Notes under the pieces: model-generated
Told to the model about the DNA's origin: nothing
Database searches by the model: none
Seen by the model: only the letters and a program-made list of their open reading frames with translations
Part shown: piece by piece, positions 1 through 14,198 of the stretch
Layout of the letters: the number at the start of each line of letters is the position of its first letter
Position numbering within the stretch: the stretch's first letter is position 1
NCBI GenBank assembly: GCA_964016885.1
Contig: OZ024747.1
Span: forward strand, 89,900,001-89,964,000
DNA: 64,000 nucleotides
From: Eledone cirrhosa
Lineage: Eukaryota
Direction: 5' to 3'
Position numbers and translations under genes: made by a program

Positions 1-153
1 GGCTTTATCTCACATATCGAATCTATGAGATTTTGATAGGATTTATTTTGAGAACAATACCTTAACTTCAGTTTCAGCGACCAGTTACAGCCAGTTTCAA
101 CAGAAAGAGGTAGAGACTTCTGGCCGGTTTGGGCCGGTTTGAACACTAAAGGG
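1..153 (+). mobile_element. piggyBac-like MITE (family PB-1), 3' part cut by the window edge
   Basis: Ends CTAAAGGG|TTAA; internal sequence matches the full copy at 27797-28016. Confidence 0.7.
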
Positions 154-284
154 TTAATGCTTGAAATAGCAGGAAGAGAGTCTAAACTACCACAAAGAAA
201 TACATAATTGAAGGGCTTATTTATATACCTTATTACATATAGTAGTATTCTGAAATGGATGTTCTAATTGTGGTTTAAATGTTA

Positions 285-648
285 GGATGGCACCCCTGCA
301 ACTCTGTCAGCAGTTAAGGGCCCAGGCACGGATATCCCATTCCACGCCATGAAGTGGTCCCTCTGGAGCCATGACAAAAGTGCCCAGCCCTCACTATAAA
401 GTGGTCATGTATGTGTTAAGACAAAAGTGCCCAGTCCATACTGTAAAATGGTCGTCTAGAAGTCACAACAAAAAACACCCAACACACACTGAAAATGTGG
501 TTGGCATTAAGAAGGGCATCCAGCTTTAGAAACCAAGCCAAAATCAGTTCTATGTGAGCGAAACACAGTCCTCTGACCTAATCCCTCACATAGGGACAGC
601 CCATCCTACCCATGCCAGTGTGGAAAATGGACGTTAAACAATGATGAT
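285..648 (+). mobile_element. SINE with RTE-type 3' tail (family S3)
   Basis: GTGGTTGGCATTAAGAAGGGCATCCAGC...CCATGCCAGTGTGGAAAATGGACGTTAAACA(ATG)n; related copies at about 8985-9306, 13348-13590(-), 14290-14450(-), 21775-21936, 24770-25115, 35597-35770(-), 38645-38880(-), 63300-63405. Confidence 0.7.
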
Positions 649-903
<255 letters not shown>

Positions 904-1173
904 ACAGGTTTCTTTTACAATTTTTGTCTACCAAATCCACTGATATAGCATTAGTCAACCTGAGACTATAGCAGAAGACACTTATCTAAGGTGTAATACA
1001 GCTATCATTCTAATATGTTAGAAGGAAAAAAAAAGAGATGAAATAGAATAAGACAATTACAGAATCTTCATATTTATGAACCAAATCTTAAAAGTAGTAA
1101 ATTATTTATTAAGTTAGTAAAGGTTAAGTCTAGCTTAATTAAGATGTAATTTAGGTTTGTACAAGTATGTGAA

Positions 1174-2921
1174 ACTACAGATGTTGTATTTCTAGTAAGA
1201 CACCTACAGATGTTATATTACTAGTTGGTCTACTACAGATGTTATATTACTAGTTGGTCTACTACAGATGTTATATTACTAGTTGGTCTACTACAGATGT
1301 TATATTACTAGTAACACTACTACAGATGTTATATTACTAGTAACACTACTACAGATGTTATATTACTAGTAACACTACTACAGATGTTATATTACTAGTA
1401 AGACAACTACAGATGTTATATTACTAGTAAGACAACTACAGATGTTATATTACTAGTAAGACAACTACAGATGTTATATTACTAGTAAGACAACTACAGA
1501 TGTTATATTACTAGTAAGACAACTACAGATGTTATATTACTAGTAAGACAACTACAGATGTTATATTACTAGTAAGACTACTACAGATGTTATATTACTA
1601 GTAAGACAACTACAGATGTTATATTACTAGTAAGACAACTACAGATGTTATATTACTAGTAAGACACCTACAGATGTTATATTACTAGTAAGACATCTAC
1701 AGGTGTTATATTACTAGTAAGGCACCTACAGGTGTTATATTACTAGTAAGGCACCTACAGATGTTATATTACTAGTAAGACAACTACAGATGTTATATTA
1801 CTAGTAAGACAACTACAGATGTTATATTACTAGTAAGACAACTGCAGATGTTATATTACTAGTAAGACAACTACAGATGTTATATTACTAGTAAGACAAC
1901 TACAGATGTTATATTACTAGTAAGACAACTACAGATGTTATATTACTAGTAACACTACTACAGATGTTATATTACTAGTAAGACAACTACAGATGTTATA
2001 TTACTAGTAAGACAACTACAGATGTTATATTACTAGTAAGACAACTACAGATGTTATATTACTAGTAAGACAACTACAGATGTTATATTACTAGTAAGAC
2101 ACCTACAGATGTTATATTACTAGTAAGACAACTACAGATGTTATATTACTAGTAAGACAACTACAGATGTTATATTACTAGTAAGACAACTACAGATGTT
2201 ATATTACTAGTAAGACAACTACAGATGTTATATTACTAGTAAGACTACTACAGATGTTATATTACTAGTAAGACAGCTACAGATGTTATATTACTAGTAA
2301 GGCACCTACAGATGTTATATTCCTAGTAAGACAACTACAGATGTTATATTACTAGTAAGACAACTACAGATGTTATATTACTAGTAAGGCACCTACTGAT
2401 GTTATATTACTAGTAAGACAACTACAGATGTTATATTACTAGTAAGACAACTACAGATGTTATATTACTAGTAAGACACCTACAGATGTTATATTACTAG
2501 TAAGACAACTACAGATGTTATATTACTAGTAAGACACCTACAGATGTTATATTACTAGTAAGACAACTACAGATGTTATATTACTAGTAAGACAACTACA
2601 GATGTTATATTACTAGTAAGACACCTACAGATGTTATATTCCTAGTAAGACAACTACAGATGTTATATTACTAGTAAGACTACTACAGATGTTATATTAC
2701 TAGTAAGACAACTACAGATGTTATATTACTAGTAAGACACCTACAGATGTTATATTACTAGTAAGACACCTACAGATGTTATATTACTAGTAAGACAACT
2801 ACAGATGTTATATTACTAGTAAGACACCTACAGATGTTATATTACTAGTAAGACAACTACAGATGGTATATTACTAGTAAGACAACTACAGATGTTATAT
2901 TACTAGTAAGACACCTACAGA
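1174..2921. repeat. 29-bp tandem minisatellite, about 60 copies
   Basis: Unit CTACAGATGTTATATTACTAGTAAGACAA; period 29 (CAGATG at 1381 and 1410). Confidence 0.97.
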
Positions 2922-3596
2922 TAATAGTTTTGGATTTAGGCACAAGGCCAACAATTTTGAGGAGAAGAAAGTCGTTTAAATCTATCCCAGTGCATTACTG
3001 GTACTTTATTTTATTGACCCCCCACAAGGATGAACTCAGAACAACATCTATGCTGCTCAACATGTTGTTCAATACTCTATCGATTCTGCCAACCCACTGC
3101 CATTTCATTAGAAATAATATGATGACAAAATGGTTGACAAATGGTGACAAAAGAGTTCATAATTTTTATATGCTGGTTCTTTACTGAATCTGTCAAGAAA
3201 CTGTTGAAAATGTCTAGATTAAAGTGAGTGAGTGCTGGTAAGACAGACTTGTCCTACTTATACTGACATAGAATGACAGAAATTAAAATAATGACAATGA
3301 CAATTTATTTTAGAATTGAACAATGGAAAGAAGGTGACAACAATCTAAATAAAAGATAATGATTAAAAGATTAACTCAGCTCTATTTAAAATAATATTTG
3401 GACTCGAATTAAGAATAAAATGAATAATAACTATCATAGAGTAAATTTTCATTTGCTCTGTAATTGGCTTGTTGTTAATGAAGATAGCAGAAGTGTTGAA
3501 ATGATTTAGGAGTGCCACCTTAGTTTGAGCTGGTTCAAAAATGAAAGAAAATACAAATGATCATTTTACAAAAAGAGAAAATTTACATTTATTAAT

Positions 3597-3845
3597 TGCC
3601 GATCATGGCCTAGTGGTAAAGGTGTTGGACTTATGATCATAATGTCGTAGGTTCGATCCCTGGGCTGGGTTGCATGCTGTGTTCTTAAGCAAAACAGTTC
3701 ATTTCATGTTGCTCCAGTATACTCAGCTGAAAATGAGTGCCAGTAATAGCTGGGGGTTTAACCTTGTGACGGACTGGTGTCCTGTCCAGTGGGGAGTCTT
3801 GTACCCTTAGTTGCTTCATGCCATGAAACCGGGATAAGCACCGTC
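3597..3845 (+). mobile_element. tRNA-derived SINE, CORE/Meta-like central domain (family S2)
   Basis: A box TGGCCTAGTGG, B box GGTTCGATCCC, then GTGTTCTTAAGCAAAACA...CATGTTGCTCCAGT; other copies 14480-14632(-), 38051-38513, 40840-41120(-), 41605-41720(-). Confidence 0.7.
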
Positions 3846-5861
3846 TCAACGCACTACTTGCAACACATGAGGGCATGTATGCATGCATGCAATTGCTGAT
3901 CAGATTGTAGGTGGAAAATTGGCACTGTTGTCGGAGCATAGGATTAAAATGTCTGTTTTGTACCCTGAGTTCAAATACTAGGATGGTCAACTTTGCTTTC
4001 CATCCTTTTAAGGTGGATAAAATGTATCCCTTATCATCATCATCATCTGTCTATGTCCACTTTTCCATGTTTTCAGCTCAGCCTTCCACCACTTATTGCA
4101 TTCTTTTGTCATCTCTGTGATGTTCCGTATTTTTTAGATCAATTCACACCAGTTCTGGCCATGTATTATTTGGTCTGCCTCTACTCCAGCTTTCTTCCAC
4201 TGGCATCTCTTGGTACTTCTTTATCCAATGATCATCATACATATGCATCACATGTCCACAACTGCGCAGTCATCACTCTTGTACACTGCATCTGATTCCT
4301 ATTGTCCCCATGTTTTCTCTCAGCTCCTCTATGATTTGTCTTTTATACAAGTTATTATCATACAGTCATTGAAGTGAACTCCCTTCAATCCACTCCAGCC
4401 TTCACTTATCCTCTGTATTCACTGCCTATGTCTCACTACCATGTGGCATCACACTTCACAAGCAATATCATACATCTGACCTTTCATTCATATATTGGAT
4501 ACAAACTAAAAACTACTAATCTTAGTTCTGATTCAGGCAAGAATCATGTAAATATCCCAAAATAGGACACTTAATGATGATTGGAAATCAAATATATAGC
4601 ATAGATATATATATACCCTAATGTCAATGAAAAATTATAATCTCATTAACAGTAACTTATTTCAGGCATTTAGACAAAAGAATATATAGAATTACCATTA
4701 AAACAGTTAAATGCTGCCAAAGACAGAGATGGGCAAAAATGCCTCAGAGGACAGAGACCAGTGTCACACCCCATGGGAATTGTCTCTCTGTTGACCACTG
4801 GCCGCTGGTCTCTCTCCTCGGAGGAATTTTTTTACCGCATCTGTCTTTGATAGCATTTAGCTGTTTTAACAGCTGTTCTAGCGATGAATTTTTTCATTTT
4901 TATATGTATTCAATCAAATACACTCTCCCTTCGTCTCAGTCAGAGACAATATTGTTTTAATTATATAGAATTAGATTATCTATACAGTCTGTGGTGTGTT
5001 ATGTATTTCCATTGTGTAGACTAGTTGCCAAATCTACATTACCAAATGATTTATTTGGGATACTGTCTGTATCCTGGCAATTATATACCATGTATGTCTT
5101 AAGAGGTAACTAAAGGACTCTGGCATCAGGAAGAGTCTCTAGCTGTAAAACATTGCCTCAAAAGGTACCATCATGAAAGTATAGAAAAACTGTTCTAAAA
5201 GAAGATGATGATAGTAATGATGGTGATTGTGTGTGTAAGTGTGTGTGTCTGTGCGTAGTGGTAGTATATTACTAGCTTATCACTCATTGTATATGTTACT
5301 TAAATAGTTTGTTTTGTGCTTGTCTAGATTTCTTGTGATTTTGTGTGTGTTATTTCAAAATATTAAATGTCTTACATATGTATTTCTTAACTGATACACT
5401 GAAACAAACATAGTGTTTCTATGCCAACGAGTTTAATATCACCTGGTTCTTTGATATCTTTGTATAGTTGACTGTAGCAAGTATTCCTGCTTGACTCCTG
5501 CAGATGTTCAAACTATACATCAGCTACATCAAGCTCACCAGTCCAGGAGAATCTGTAATTCTTGTGGGAAAAGCTTCTCTTCTCTTGACTAAAGAACAAA
5601 AAGTATACATTTATAGCCTTTATTAAATCTGGTCATAGTGAATACTTACAAATAGCTCATATGATTGTGTAATTATAGTTAAATGTTTATTAATAACATT
5701 TGATACATTTAACCTATTCTTCTGTGACCCTAGAGCCTTTGCCTTTCCCTTCCTTTTCTGTTTTCGTAACCACAAAGACACTTGCATTATTTGCTACAAG
5801 TATGACCATTCAATTCCTGAAGATGAAAATGTGAACTCTCTGTTAAATTTTCAAATATTAA

Positions 5862-6378
5862 CCCTTTTGATACCAAACTGTCTGAAACCACACTTGCTCT
5901 TATGATAAAACAGTTTTTTTTAAAGTGTTTATATTTATCTGAAAACTTACCATCATAATTTTATCAAAGAACGTCTATTAATACCATCTTAATAGTGAGA
6001 AAATTAGTTATATTACTAAATTCCACCAATATCTTATTTATTTTCAACATCATCTGAACATCAGATGATGTTACTCGATAAAGTGCATAGCTCGGAGATC
6101 AGAAAGTCATTCCAGGTAGAGCCACTACTTCTGCGAATTGAGAGATCACAGCTCCGATACTCAGGCAAAACCAACTAGTAAGAAACCCAGAGGTAGACCC
6201 TGAGCAAGATGGTTGGATAACATCTGTGAGCTTGGCTGGCCATGCTTGGGGATCCTGCTGGAAGGAGTGTTTGAGGACTCTTCCCCCATGACCCTCTCAG
6301 GAATAAGTGGGCAAAGAAGAAGAAGAAGATCTGAACATCTTGACTGTGTCTTACATTAGAAATGTGGTAATGAAAGGG
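5862..6378 (+). mobile_element. piggyBac-like MITE (family PB-2) interrupted by an RTE 3' fragment
   Basis: TTAA|CCCTTT...AAAGGG|TTAA; related copies about 59871-60304 and 60503-60735. Confidence 0.6.
6063..6328 (+). mobile_element. 5'-truncated RTE-like LINE 3' end with (GAA)n tail
   Basis: 11-bp TSD ATCTGAACATC (6052-6062, 6329-6339); same family at 9830-10100(-), 54480-54555, 55320-55480(-), 56615-56948. Confidence 0.7.
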
Positions 6379-7694
6379 TTAAATATTATAAACTATTCCT
6401 CTCCATCATTTTCACTATTACTTTTTCACTTTCCTTCTTGAATTTTTCATTAATGTTCCCCATCAGTTATATTGGTCTACAAACTCATTTATTCACATTA
6501 ATTTGAGCTAACTATTTCCAGTTAGAGAAATGTACTGTATTTCAGACCAATATATAAGTACAGTTTAGTCTATGATTGTTCATCTCCAAGTCCACAATCT
6601 TAATTGCTACACCACTACACTCTTAGACAATGTACTTGAAAAGTGGAACATTTAATGCTTTTATTACTCGGCTTAATTCTTTTATGTATTCTGATTTTTG
6701 TGTGTGTGTGTGTGTGTTTTTACCTTTATTTATTTGGTGTTTCATTCTATACCTGATAATTTCTTCAACTTTCAATAATAAAAATAAAAAATAAAATGAC
6801 AAAATAGTGTGAAAATCATCCCCAGCAATATAAAGTGTCTTAGCAGTCACATCTCTTGTGTAATCCTCTTTGTTTTCATGCTGCAGTCTGAAAATGTAAT
6901 TTTGCATAGCTGGCTGAAATGTTCGAAGGAGTACAGTGCTTGAATAGAAGTGTATGCCAGCTTTGCCAGTTTCAATCAGTTATTGATTTCTAGTTACAGC
7001 TTTTTGCTGATGCATTTTCTCAATCAGACCAATAAAACTGTATAGCTACTCAATTTTCATGCAATATTTTGACAGCCCTTATTGACAATTTCATTCAGAC
7101 AAGCATACTATCAGATATTAAAGAATTCATTTAGATGTGTTATTGGCCTAATATTCTTGTTATTGTTATTTCTATGGTAGAAATGTGAATTTAGTTTTAT
7201 TATCTAATCATAATATATCTGTCATTGATTGGAATTTTGTATCTTGTTACTTTATCCAACTATTACTTTAAAGCTAGCAGCTTTATATAGTTGCACTGGA
7301 GTAAATATTTTACATTGCTATTATATCATATGCAAGCTAAATTTTCTGAAATAAAGTTGCCTAAATTTAACAATTTTTCTCATAATTACGTATTTCCAAA
7401 GATAAAAAATACAACTGAACCAATCTAAAACAATTTCTTTAAATTTTTTGTTACCATATTTCTTAATAAAAGACACTGCTTGTGATTTTCAAATAATTTT
7501 GAAAATAATCAAGAATGTGAAGAGATTGAGTAATATAACTCAAGTTTTCTTTATTAAGCAGGAAAGTATTTAACTAATATAAACAGTTTAATTCAGTTAT
7601 AGTATTATATAACCAAGGGTGAAATCGGGTACTTTGGTATCAAAGTGTCAATAGAAATTATCAATGATTCAGATTGGGTAGATATTTATCAATT

Positions 7695-7880
7695 TCATTG
7701 GCAGTATTGGTAGAGGGTCAGACGCCATGCTTTGAAGCATAGAGTTATCTCCCTTTATGATCTGAGTTCAAATCCCGCCGGGGTTAACTTTGCCTTTCAT
7801 CCTTACAGGGTCGATAAAATAACGTACCAGTAATACACTGGAATAATTGCTGGTCTTGTGCCAAAAGTAGAAAGAATTAT
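7695..7880 (+). mobile_element. tRNA-derived SINE with Deu/Nin-like domain (family S1)
   Basis: TGGCAGTATTGGTAGAG...GAGTTCAAATCCC...GCCTTTCATCCTTACAGGGTCGATAAAATAACGTACCAG; about 20 copies, e.g. 2925-3100(-), 12110-12318(-), 12770-12958, 15992-16210, 19860-20070, 21050-21252, 36995-37340 (two), 40503-40720, 46820-46977(-), 49108-49322(-), 62255-62467(-). Confidence 0.85.
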
Positions 7881-10784
7881 ATGATCTATCTTATAAAAAT
7901 ATTTTGAAGCTCATTCAGGTTCACCATATTGTCAGATGCTGGATTGTTGAGGTTTTATTTTATAGCAAAACATGATTTGAGAGAAGAGTTAATATGTATG
8001 AAGACTTTTATTATATCTAAACATCTTTTTCTCTATAGCAGTGACATTAAATCTTTCTAAACAATTCGGTTATAGCTGCAACTACGAGAAATGTGAGTGT
8101 GTATCTGTGAAACATATACACCAGGTTTGAACACAAAGGAACCAAACTCCCACTGTTACTGCCTCTATCCCTCGGCCCATGTGTTGGCCACTCTGTATCC
8201 CTGGCAGATAGAATAGTAGAAGAGAATATGGGCTACAGTAGCCAGAAACCTTATTTATACCATTTGTTAGTGTCATCTTCATTATTTTAACACCTGGTTT
8301 TCAGTGCTGGCATAGGAAGGATGTATATTCTATATTATCACTTCTATTAACATCTGTTTTTCCTGATAGTAAGGGTTAGACAGGTCTTCACAGACCGAGC
8401 CACTACTCAAGTCATTACCCCACACATACATACTTGAGTACTGACACAGTCTGTGAAGATACATCCAACTCTTGTTGCTTTAAGGGAAACTTACTGCTGC
8501 TCCATGACACCAAAATGATTTAAGCTCATCATTTAAAATTGTTGAGTCCTAGTTCACTATTTCTTATATTTCAACTATCATCATCATCATCATATGTCCA
8601 TTTTACCTGCTAGCAAGGGTAGGATGGGCCCTCACAGACCCAGTCAGTACTGAAATGGGGCTACTGACCTCCTAAACAGGCCTGGGATCCACATCTTGCT
8701 TACATACAGTCTCATGATCTACTGAGTGCATTTTATTGTAGCACCAGCACTACGGAGGTTGTTATGTCTTTGGTGCAACTGAAGGGATCTCACAATCCTT
8801 TGACAAGCTTTTTATAACTGGATACCCTGCCTATCACTAACCACTTTAGAGCATGTACTGGATGAGTTTGTTATGTAGATCACCAACACTTGGTAGGTTG
8901 TCATGTGTTTGACACAACTGATGAGGCTCCCAACCCTTTATTTGTATACCCTCCCATACATCTCCCACAAGCGCAGTATGAAGTATACATCCAGTGAAGC
9001 CCCCAGCTCACACTGTAAAGTGGTTGTGTAGGTGTCATGACAGAAAGCATCCAGTCCACACTGTAAAGTGGTCGTGTAGGTGTCACAACAAAAAGCACCC
9101 TGGTCATGTTGGTGACACAACAAAAAGCACCCAGCACTCACTGTAAATGAGGTTGGCATTAGGAAGAGCATCCAGCTGTAGAAACCAACCCAAAATCAAT
9201 TCTATATGTGCAAGACATGGTCACCTGACCTAGCATTGCCCACAACAGGACAACTCATCTAAGCCATGCTAGCATGGAAAAATTGACGTCAAACTGTGAT
9301 GATGATATATATATATAGTAACCCTATTTTCTTATCTTGTTTGCAATTTTCTGAGAAGCACTACATTTTTTCTATATTTTAATGGAAAATGAATTTGTTG
9401 AATCTTCATTATGGTTCTTTTAAAAATATGATGTGTGAGTTGTTTTTCTGTACGAAGTTGTTTTGGAGATATTTTGTAATAAATAAGGGCAGAGCGGTAC
9501 TTTTGGCTTTCAGGCATTATCAGAAGAAAATGTAGAATTGCTATTTTCATGTTTTCTTACCAAATGATTGTAAAACGTTACTCTGCCTCAAGCTTTGATT
9601 AGATAAATGAATACTTTTTGTATGATCAAAATGTGATAATGACTAGTTAAAATTTTACAATAGGCATTTCATTATAACCTTAAGCAATAATAACTGTACT
9701 AACTAACAAAGCATTTTTGAATCATGTCTCTCTTTTGTTTTTTCCCAGCTTACTAGATAGAAACACATTTTGTTATAGATTGGACCAGTGAGTTATATGT
9801 CTTGACCATGTAATGTGGGGTAGGGGGTTTATCTCTTCTTCTTCTTCTTCTTCTTCTTCTTCTTCTTCTTCTTCTTCTTCTTCTTCTTCTTTTTCTTCTT
9901 CTTCACTCAGTTATTCCTGAGAAGGTCGTGGGGGCAGGGTCCTCAAACATCCCTTCCAACAGGTCCTGTCTGATCCGGCTGAATCCCGAAGTGAGACCAG
10001 CCAAGCTCATGGATGTTATCCAATCATCTTACTCAAGGTCAACCCCTGCGTCTCCTGCCGGTTGGTTTTGCCCATAAAATCAGTCCAGCAATTCTTTCCT
10101 TAGTTACTAAATCATAAATTAACTAAATACAATTCCTATTATGTCTAAATGGAATTATATTAGAATAAATCAAATTTCAATTACAACAATTTTTTTCAAC
10201 CTGCTTACATATATGTGTGTATGTATGTGCACAGACACACTTACAAAAATACACACTCACAGACATACATTCACACAAATACACACATACAGTCATACAA
10301 ACACACATACATACACTCACACACAGTGTAGCCAATGGAACGTTGTTTTGCCGCTGTTTTGCTATAGTTTTTTCCCCATCCCATTCCTTCCTTTTACACA
10401 CATACATTCACAAAAACACACACATTGTGTGATGGACAGACGGACGGAAATCGCTCAATTTTATATATAGATTAGACCTTTTTTTCTGCAGCTCTAATCA
10501 AAATATTTCCATAGTGAGAAATTTTATGAGTTGAAAAATATATTTTTTCTAATCAGCCACATATTTTATTAAATTTATTCTGAATTATTTATGCATTACT
10601 TGATGTACCATGTTGATTTTTTCATTTTATCAAAGCTTTTTATTATAGTAATATTATAAATTAATCAAAATTATAGTGATGATTATTTTTATTTTGCTTA
10701 CTAACCATAATTTTGATAAAGTGCAACATTTAATCCTTAGTATAGCTTGTCCATTCGTTGTTATAACATATCAATTTATTTATG

Positions 10785-11180
10785 ATATCCATCACTTGGA
10801 GAGAGTTCAACGACTAGCGACTCAAATGGTACAGGGTCTTCATGAGTTGCCCTACGAAAGCCTGCTGCAGAAGCTGAACCTCTTCTCCTTGGAACGTCGA
10901 CAGCTAAGAGGCGATCTCTTTTTGGCTTACAATCTCTTCAATGGCCATTATGATCTCAAGATCTCCTATTCATTCTGGCACTTGAAAGGGGTCTACGTGG
11001 ACAGGACAAAAAGCTGTTTCACCGCCGCTTTTGCCTAAATAGATGGAAAGCTGCTTTCTTGATCCGCAACTCTGGACCCTGGAATCGGCTTCCAGAAGAA
11101 GTAGTCAACGCGCCAACCACGCAACAATTCAAGGCGAAATTGGACCGGTGTTGGACCACTGTGTTTCCGACTGTAAATTT
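10785..11180 (+). mobile_element. CR1-type LINE, ORF2 C-terminal fragment
   Basis: DIHHLERVQRLATQMVQGLHELPYESLLQKLNLFSLERRQLRGDL, then in another frame PWNRLPEEVVNAPTTQQFKAKLD; typical CR1 ORF2 end. Confidence 0.85.
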
Positions 11181-12319
11181 TGCCCCCCTCCCCTCCTTAC
11201 ATAGCATCTGAAGCATCTATGTTTTAATTTCTGCCAAATATATTGAATTGAATTGTATAAGCATTGTATAAGCATGAGATTATTTACAGTAGCAATAACA
11301 ATAATAACAATGACAACTATAATGACAGCAATAATTAAAAAAAAGGGAGACAAAAGGAAAGAAAGAATAGGGAAATCTAGAGAAAAAAAAAGAGAAAGAA
11401 GAAAAAGAGTGGAAAGGGGAGGGGATGGCAAGAGCTCTGGTGTAGCAGAAGAGAGGGGGGGGGGGTGAAGGGGTAGGGTGATTGGGTTTTGGGACTAAGG
11501 CAAGAGGGCAGAAGTGATGCGCCCCGCTGACAAAACGGCAAAAGAATTCCCCCGGACGATGGCCAGTGACACCTGCTGCAACAGCCACCCAACCTCGCGG
11601 GGCTCCCTCCTCAGACAGGCTGCCAATGCTCCAATCTTGCAGAGGAGGTCGGCAATACGGGATCCAAGTACGCCTGAGGTCTACTAAAACCTTATCATTG
11701 TTGTTTATATTTCTCAATTTGCATATAATTAGCTTTTATATATTTATTGAAATTTTACTCCTTAGTTATACAATTCCAAATGTCATTTTATGTCTTAAAT
11801 TCTCTGGAAGCTTTGGTAAATTATAAATCTCATTTGTTCATTCTGATTATATTTCAGTCTTCATTGTCTTCTCAATTCCTTCCATTCAATTTATTAAGTT
11901 TGTATTACACAGCCACCAATTCAGACTGGTTTAGTCTATTATTGCAGCCTTCCTTCATAGCTTCAGTCTTACATATCTAGGCCTTCTTTTAATGTCAAAC
12001 GATAATCAGAGTAAACATTATTGCAAGATGAATGTGAACATCATTTAAATGCTATATTTTTAAATGTATATCATGATAATAATAAATAATAATAGTAATA
12101 ATAATAATTTTTTCTAGTATAGGTACAAGGCCAGCAATTTGAGGGGGGGAGGCATTAAATCGACCCCAGTACATTATTGGTGCTTTATTTTATTGACCCT
12201 GTAAGGATGAAAGGTAAAGCTAACCTCGGCGGGATTTGAACTCAGAACGTATGGGGCCTTAACTATATGCTGTAAAGCATGGTGTACGACACTCTAGTGA
12301 TACTGCCAATCTACCACCC

Positions 12320-12353
<34 letters not shown>

Positions 12354-14198
12354 CAGCAGCAGCAGAAAAGGTTGGATGGGTCATCACAGGTAAAGTCAGT
12401 ACATTGTGTGTTTGTCATAGGGTGGTTGTCAGTTATCAACTCAATTGAAGAAGTCTCTTCACTCTTTAAGGATGAATATGATGAGAAGATGATATACATA
12501 GTGTATAGAAAATGTGAAATGGGAATTGTGCAGAAATGTATTCAAAATTTTCTGTTTACCAAAATATTTGTATGTTAAAATCTTATAATATTGCCTTAGA
12601 ATAAATCTTAGGCTTATACTCCAATTTCTCTGTAATATGACATAAATATATTTCAATGTTCTAAATTTTTAGTTTTCAACACTTTGCTAGAAAAATAATT
12701 TTTTTATAATTTTATAAACTAAGCAGTATTTTCTATGTATCTGAAAGCTATTATTTGTCATAGTAGTAGGTGGTGGATTGGCAGTATTGGTAGAGGGTTG
12801 GACGCCATGCTTTCCAGCATAGTTACGTCCCTTTATGATCTGAGTTCAAATCCCGCTGAGGTTGACTTTGCCTTTCATCCTTACGGGGGTCGATAAAATA
12901 AAGTACCAGTAATGCACTGGGTAATTGCTGGCCTTGTGCCTAAAGTAGAAACAATTATTTGTCATAGTAGAATTTGGTGTTTAAGTAGAAATTTGGTAGA
13001 AATAATGATTCTAAAATTCCTCTTTTTTTTGCCTCTACTGCTTTTCTGAGAACTTATGGCATAACCTAATGAGTCATTGCAAGACTATAATATTTCAATC
13101 TCCCTCATTACTTTTTGATATATATTTTCTATGCTTGCATGTGTTAGACAGGTTGTCACACTCTGAAGCTAAGACCAATCAGATGATCGCACCTTGTTCA
13201 TAGGTTCTGTTTTGGTTTCTATGGCTAGATGCCGATTCTATTGCCAACTACTTTACAACATGTATTCAGAACATTTTATTGTGGCATGAGCATTATCACA
13301 TTACATAGTAGACTTGGTGCTTTTTATCATGGCTCCAGCATCACTAATCATCATCATCATTTAATGTCCATTTTCCATGTTAGCATGGGTTACACGGGTT
13401 GTTCCATTAGAAGCAAGTTGGGTCAAGTGACCATGTCTTGCACATATAGAACCTTTTCTGCCTAAATTTCTACAGCTGGGTGCACTTCCTAATGCCAATC
13501 ACATTTACAGTGTGTGCTGGGTGCTTTTTGTCGTGACACCTACATGACCACCTTACAATGTGGGCTAGGTGCTTTTTGATGTGACTCCTAATGAAAATAC
13601 AAAAAAAAAAAAAAATATTTTTTAATGATAACACAACATAGTCAGTCATTACTTATTTAATTTTACAACACCACTTGCAATGTTAGCAGCTGAAATAATC
13701 ATTCACTCTGTACATTTTATAACTAAAATCTTATATATATACCTAGAATAAATGGAGATAATTATTTCTGTTTAAAGTTATTTAAGTATGTTGACTCAAA
13801 AACTAAAAAAATAGATTTATTTATCATTAAGCATGGAAAATTGAACGTAAAAATGATGTTGATATTTATCCTTGAATTTGTTTAAATAAAATAGCTGTGC
13901 CAGTCTAGCTTAAGTAATAACCCCCAAATATAAAGAGAAGAAAGTAACCAATTACATTTCACTTTATTCAAATGTTAGACTACTGTGAGTCATGAACAAC
14001 TAAAGTAACTAGCAAATATTTTACTTGATTTAAGAAGTTGAATTTATATTGGGGCTAACACTATTTGTAAAGCATCTAAATATATATTTGCTTGGTAATG
14101 CTCACGAATTAACAAAAAAAATCAATATATATATATGTGTATGTATATATATATATATATTATATATATATATGTATATAAATATATTATATATATAT

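Noticed and set aside
1174-2921. CRISPR-like array (constant repeat plus variable part)
   Set aside because: The variable part is only about 7 nt and recurrent; no unique spacers, no cas genes, eukaryotic context
3597-3665. tRNA gene
   Set aside because: A and B boxes run straight into a SINE body; no complete cloverleaf
10425-10473. Helitron/DINE-like 5' end on the minus strand (ATCTATATATAAAATTG...GTCCGTCTGTCC)
   Set aside because: Plausible, but no matching 3' hairpin and CTRR end found; too short to call
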